Shown here: one piece after another, positions 61,451-64,000 of the stretch
Position numbering within the stretch: the first letter of the stretch is position 1
How the letters are laid out: the number at the start of each line of letters is the position of its first letter
NCBI GenBank assembly: GCA_010356995.1
Contig: ML996713.1
Coordinates: 1 to 64,000 of the forward strand
Length of the DNA stretch: 64,000 nucleotides
Direction: 5' to 3'
DNA from: Trichodelitschia bisporula
Lineage: Eukaryota
Made by a program: the position numbers and the translations under genes
Notes under the pieces: model-generated
Database searches by the model: none
Seen by the model: only the letters and a program-made list of their open reading frames with translations
Told to the model about the DNA's origin: nothing

Positions 61451-62927
61451 TGTGGGAGTGCTGTGGATGAGGTCTTCTATGCCTCCCCGGATCTCCATCC
61501 CGAACTTCTGTTAGCCGTGTATTTCCCCTGCAGCAGCGTTACCCGTACCCCACATCCCCACATACCAACCTTCATCCCCAGCGCTCACCTAGCGCGTCTT
61601 ATTTCCCCAGAAAGTGATGCCATCAACCCCGAAATCCGGGGTAATCACCTCCACCTCCTCCTCCACGGCCCTATTCCAACGACCGGCACGAGTCGAGGTC
61701 GCGCGGTGCAGCGCCGGCGACAGTGGCAAGTGCATACACAATCGGCATCGGCTCGCAGAAACTCTGTTGTCGTACGAGATTAGCATATCCGCTGTTGCGC
61801 CCAGAAAGGACGACCTTACCCGCCTCGCATACGGAAACCGACACCCCCCCCCGCGGGGCCACCATTAGCTGTTAACCCCATTATCCCCGACGCTGCTAGG
61901 CGCCTGCGCTCGTATGCGGGGTATGTACCAAGCCAGCCTCATCGTGAAGGCGAGCGAAGCGAGAACAGCGGTGACTTTGACAGCGATATCGAGATAGAAT
62001 ACCACACCCATCGTGCAGCCCAGTCTCTCACACTCGCCGTCAAAAAGCACCCGGGGTACGCCCGCGCGATTACCTCATACCCCCCCTCCCCACCTTCTCC
62101 CGGCCCCAACACCCAACACCCAAGCCCTAAGCCCACTAGAACTACCCCACACCCCACCTACGTAGCCCTGCGTCTTCCCCCCGGTGCAAGCGACGGACCC
62201 CGCGATCGACCCGTTTGCGGCCGGATGACGTCGCTACATGATGTGCAGCGTAAATTTGTTGCCACGCTTGATTTCGGAAGGTGTTAAGGTGTGGGTTGAT
62301 GATGATGTTACTGCTTGCGTCAGTAATCCCCCGGCTGAGGGTGAGAGGGTGGGTTTGGGTTGTTGGTATGCTGGGCGGGATGATGCCATCGCCGGTGGAA
62401 TTGGCGGTGGCATTCCGGCGCAGATTGTTAGTGGGAAGGAGCGGTGATAGCTTCACATACGAAAAAAGAGCGATGGAGTGTACCATAGTGCCATTGCTTT
62501 TGTACGAAATATGTACGTGCGAACCGCATCTGATATATACTTGCGCGTCCTTTCCGCGCATTGGGAGCAATGAAGCTTCCATCTCCTGTCGCCGTGATGA
62601 AACATCAGTAAATCGTCACTTTACCAAAGTGACACCTCGCAAAAGCCCACATGAACAATAGCAACTTGTCCCACTCGACGGAGGACCCATTACTGCCGAC
62701 GCTTAAAATGCCTGCGCAATGTGTACACCGGCTGGACTCTAGCATGAGCAGCAGAAAAACGATCACGCACCACAGAACGCCCAGAGCAACAAATCATGGA
62801 AAACAGTTGACGCGAAAACCACGCGCCCCGCTCATCCGCACACTGACTCCGCAAGCTGATGCATACCGCCACCATATCACTGTCATACCGAAAGCAGTCC
62901 ACCTGGATCCCCGTCCGTCTGTCCACG

Positions 62928-64000
62928 CTAGTTGTAACCATCCCCCATATCAAAGCGGTGCTGAAGCGCCTTGGGGGTGCGGTGTTCACGCGGAGGAATG
63001 TGGTTATGCTTCTTCACAATCGTCATCTTGCGGGCGGCGGTGCTGAAGGCCTTTTTATCGGCCGCGTCGATGCAGCACTGCTGCTCTTCATCGGACTCGG
63101 GGCTGCAGCATTCGATGCCGCGCACGTACGGCGATGCGAGGATCTCCTTGACCGAAATGCGGCGGTCGGGGTCGGGGTGCATCATCTTGAGGAGCAGGCG
63201 CTTCAGAGCCGGAGAGCCGAGACGATCAGCGTTGAAGAGAGGGCCGCACATTGGCGCGCCGCCAGGCTGGTCGGTGATTATGCCATCAGGATTTTTCGCG
63301 AGCCAAGTGTCCCAACCTTTCTTGAAGGAGGCGTAGAATGGAGAGTCCTCGCGCGCAGCTGACCAAGGGGAACCAGAGTAGGTCATGGTGAGGAAGACAA
63401 TGGCGCAAGACCAAATGTCCAGCGGGCGAGGGTCGTAATCCCCACGCTTTTCCAGAACCTCGGGAGCGATGTACGGCAGGGAGCCGCAGATGCCGGGCGC
63501 ACAGCGTCGCACAGCGCCCATGTTCTTACCGCACTGACCACCAGCTGAACGAAGACCAGGGTGCTCACCGCTGAAGACTTCCGACACACCGAAGTCAGTG
63601 ATCTTGAGATGCCCATCTGCCGTAAGCAGCAGATTTTCGAGCTTGATGTCCCGATGCGCGATGCCGTGGCTATGGAGATAATCGACTCCACGAAGCAGCT
63701 GCTTGAAGAAACACAGACGGTCGGTCAGTTTGTAAAATGTCTTGAAAAGACTCTTGTCGACCAGACCATAGAGCTCGCCAAGCTGGCAGTACTCCATCAC
63801 ATGGTTCCAACGGTCCTTGTGTTTGCAGAGACGAACCGTCTCTACAATGTTTGGGTGATGAAGGGACTTGGCGATCGTGAACTCCGACTGCACTTTCTTA
63901 ATGTATTCTTCCGCATCTTCTGACTTGTCTTTCCCGCGGAATTCCTTCACGGCGAAGAGAACATCCTTTGCGCCGCCCTTGCGAAGCATCACCGTCACCT
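62928..64000 (-). CDS. NPR/HAL-family Ser/Thr protein kinase (5' end outside window)
   Basis: AVKEFR, SEFTIAKSLHHPNIV, HRDIKLENLL, KITDFG and CGSLPYIAPE. Confidence 0.92.
   Translation of the reverse strand, partial: VTVMLRKGGAKDVLFAVKEFRGKDKSEDAEEYIKKVQSEFTIAKSLHHPNIVETVRLCKHKDRWNHVMEYCQLGELYGLVDKSLFKTFYKLTDRLCFFKQLLRGVDYLHSHGIAHRDIKLENLLLTADGHLKITDFGVSEVFSGEHPGLRSAGGQCGKNMGAVRRCAPGICGSLPYIAPEVLEKRGDYDPRPLDIWSCAIVFLTMTYSGSPWSAAREDSPFYASFKKGWDTWLAKNPDGIITDQPGGAPMCGPLFNADRLGSPALKRLLLKMMHPDPDRRISVKEILASPYVRGIECCSPESDEEQQCCIDAADKKAFSTAARKMTIVKKHNHIPPREHRTPKALQHRFDMGDGYN

Overview
GC-rich, intron-containing DNA from a filamentous ascomycete (GT-AG introns with CTRAC/CTAAC branch points; gene set typical of Pezizomycotina, Dothideomycete-like by impression only). 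Two conserved blocks were recognised: 9.7-19.7 kb (acyl-CoA synthetase, secondary PKA catalytic subunit, VMA11, ROM2) and 39.5-55.5 kb (ALYREF-like, histone H4, SDR, STRAP-like WD40, catalase, CTI6-like PHD, conserved unknown). Between them lies an accessory-looking segment of about 19 kb. It carries a CalB-like lipase, an AA9 LPMO with Phe at the axial Tyr position, a stand-alone DEDDy exonuclease, a 752-aa orphan and a four-copy microprotein array decaying with RIP-like changes. It also carries the best candidate for a new system: an atypical Hsp70 (HSPA12-like) head-to-head with a coiled-coil protein whose C-terminus looks GrpE-like, plus a small helical gene downstream. Other notable items are a secreted PHM-like (HH / HxH / Met) putative copper protein, a 210-bp-arm fold-back palindrome with a duplicated spacer, a 57-bp-stem hairpin, a 68-aa Cys4 microprotein, a Ty3/gypsy integrase relic, an EthD-like protein and a partial NPR/HAL kinase. 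No rRNA, tRNA or CRISPR was seen. Exon boundaries were read by eye and family calls rest on motif recognition, not database searches.
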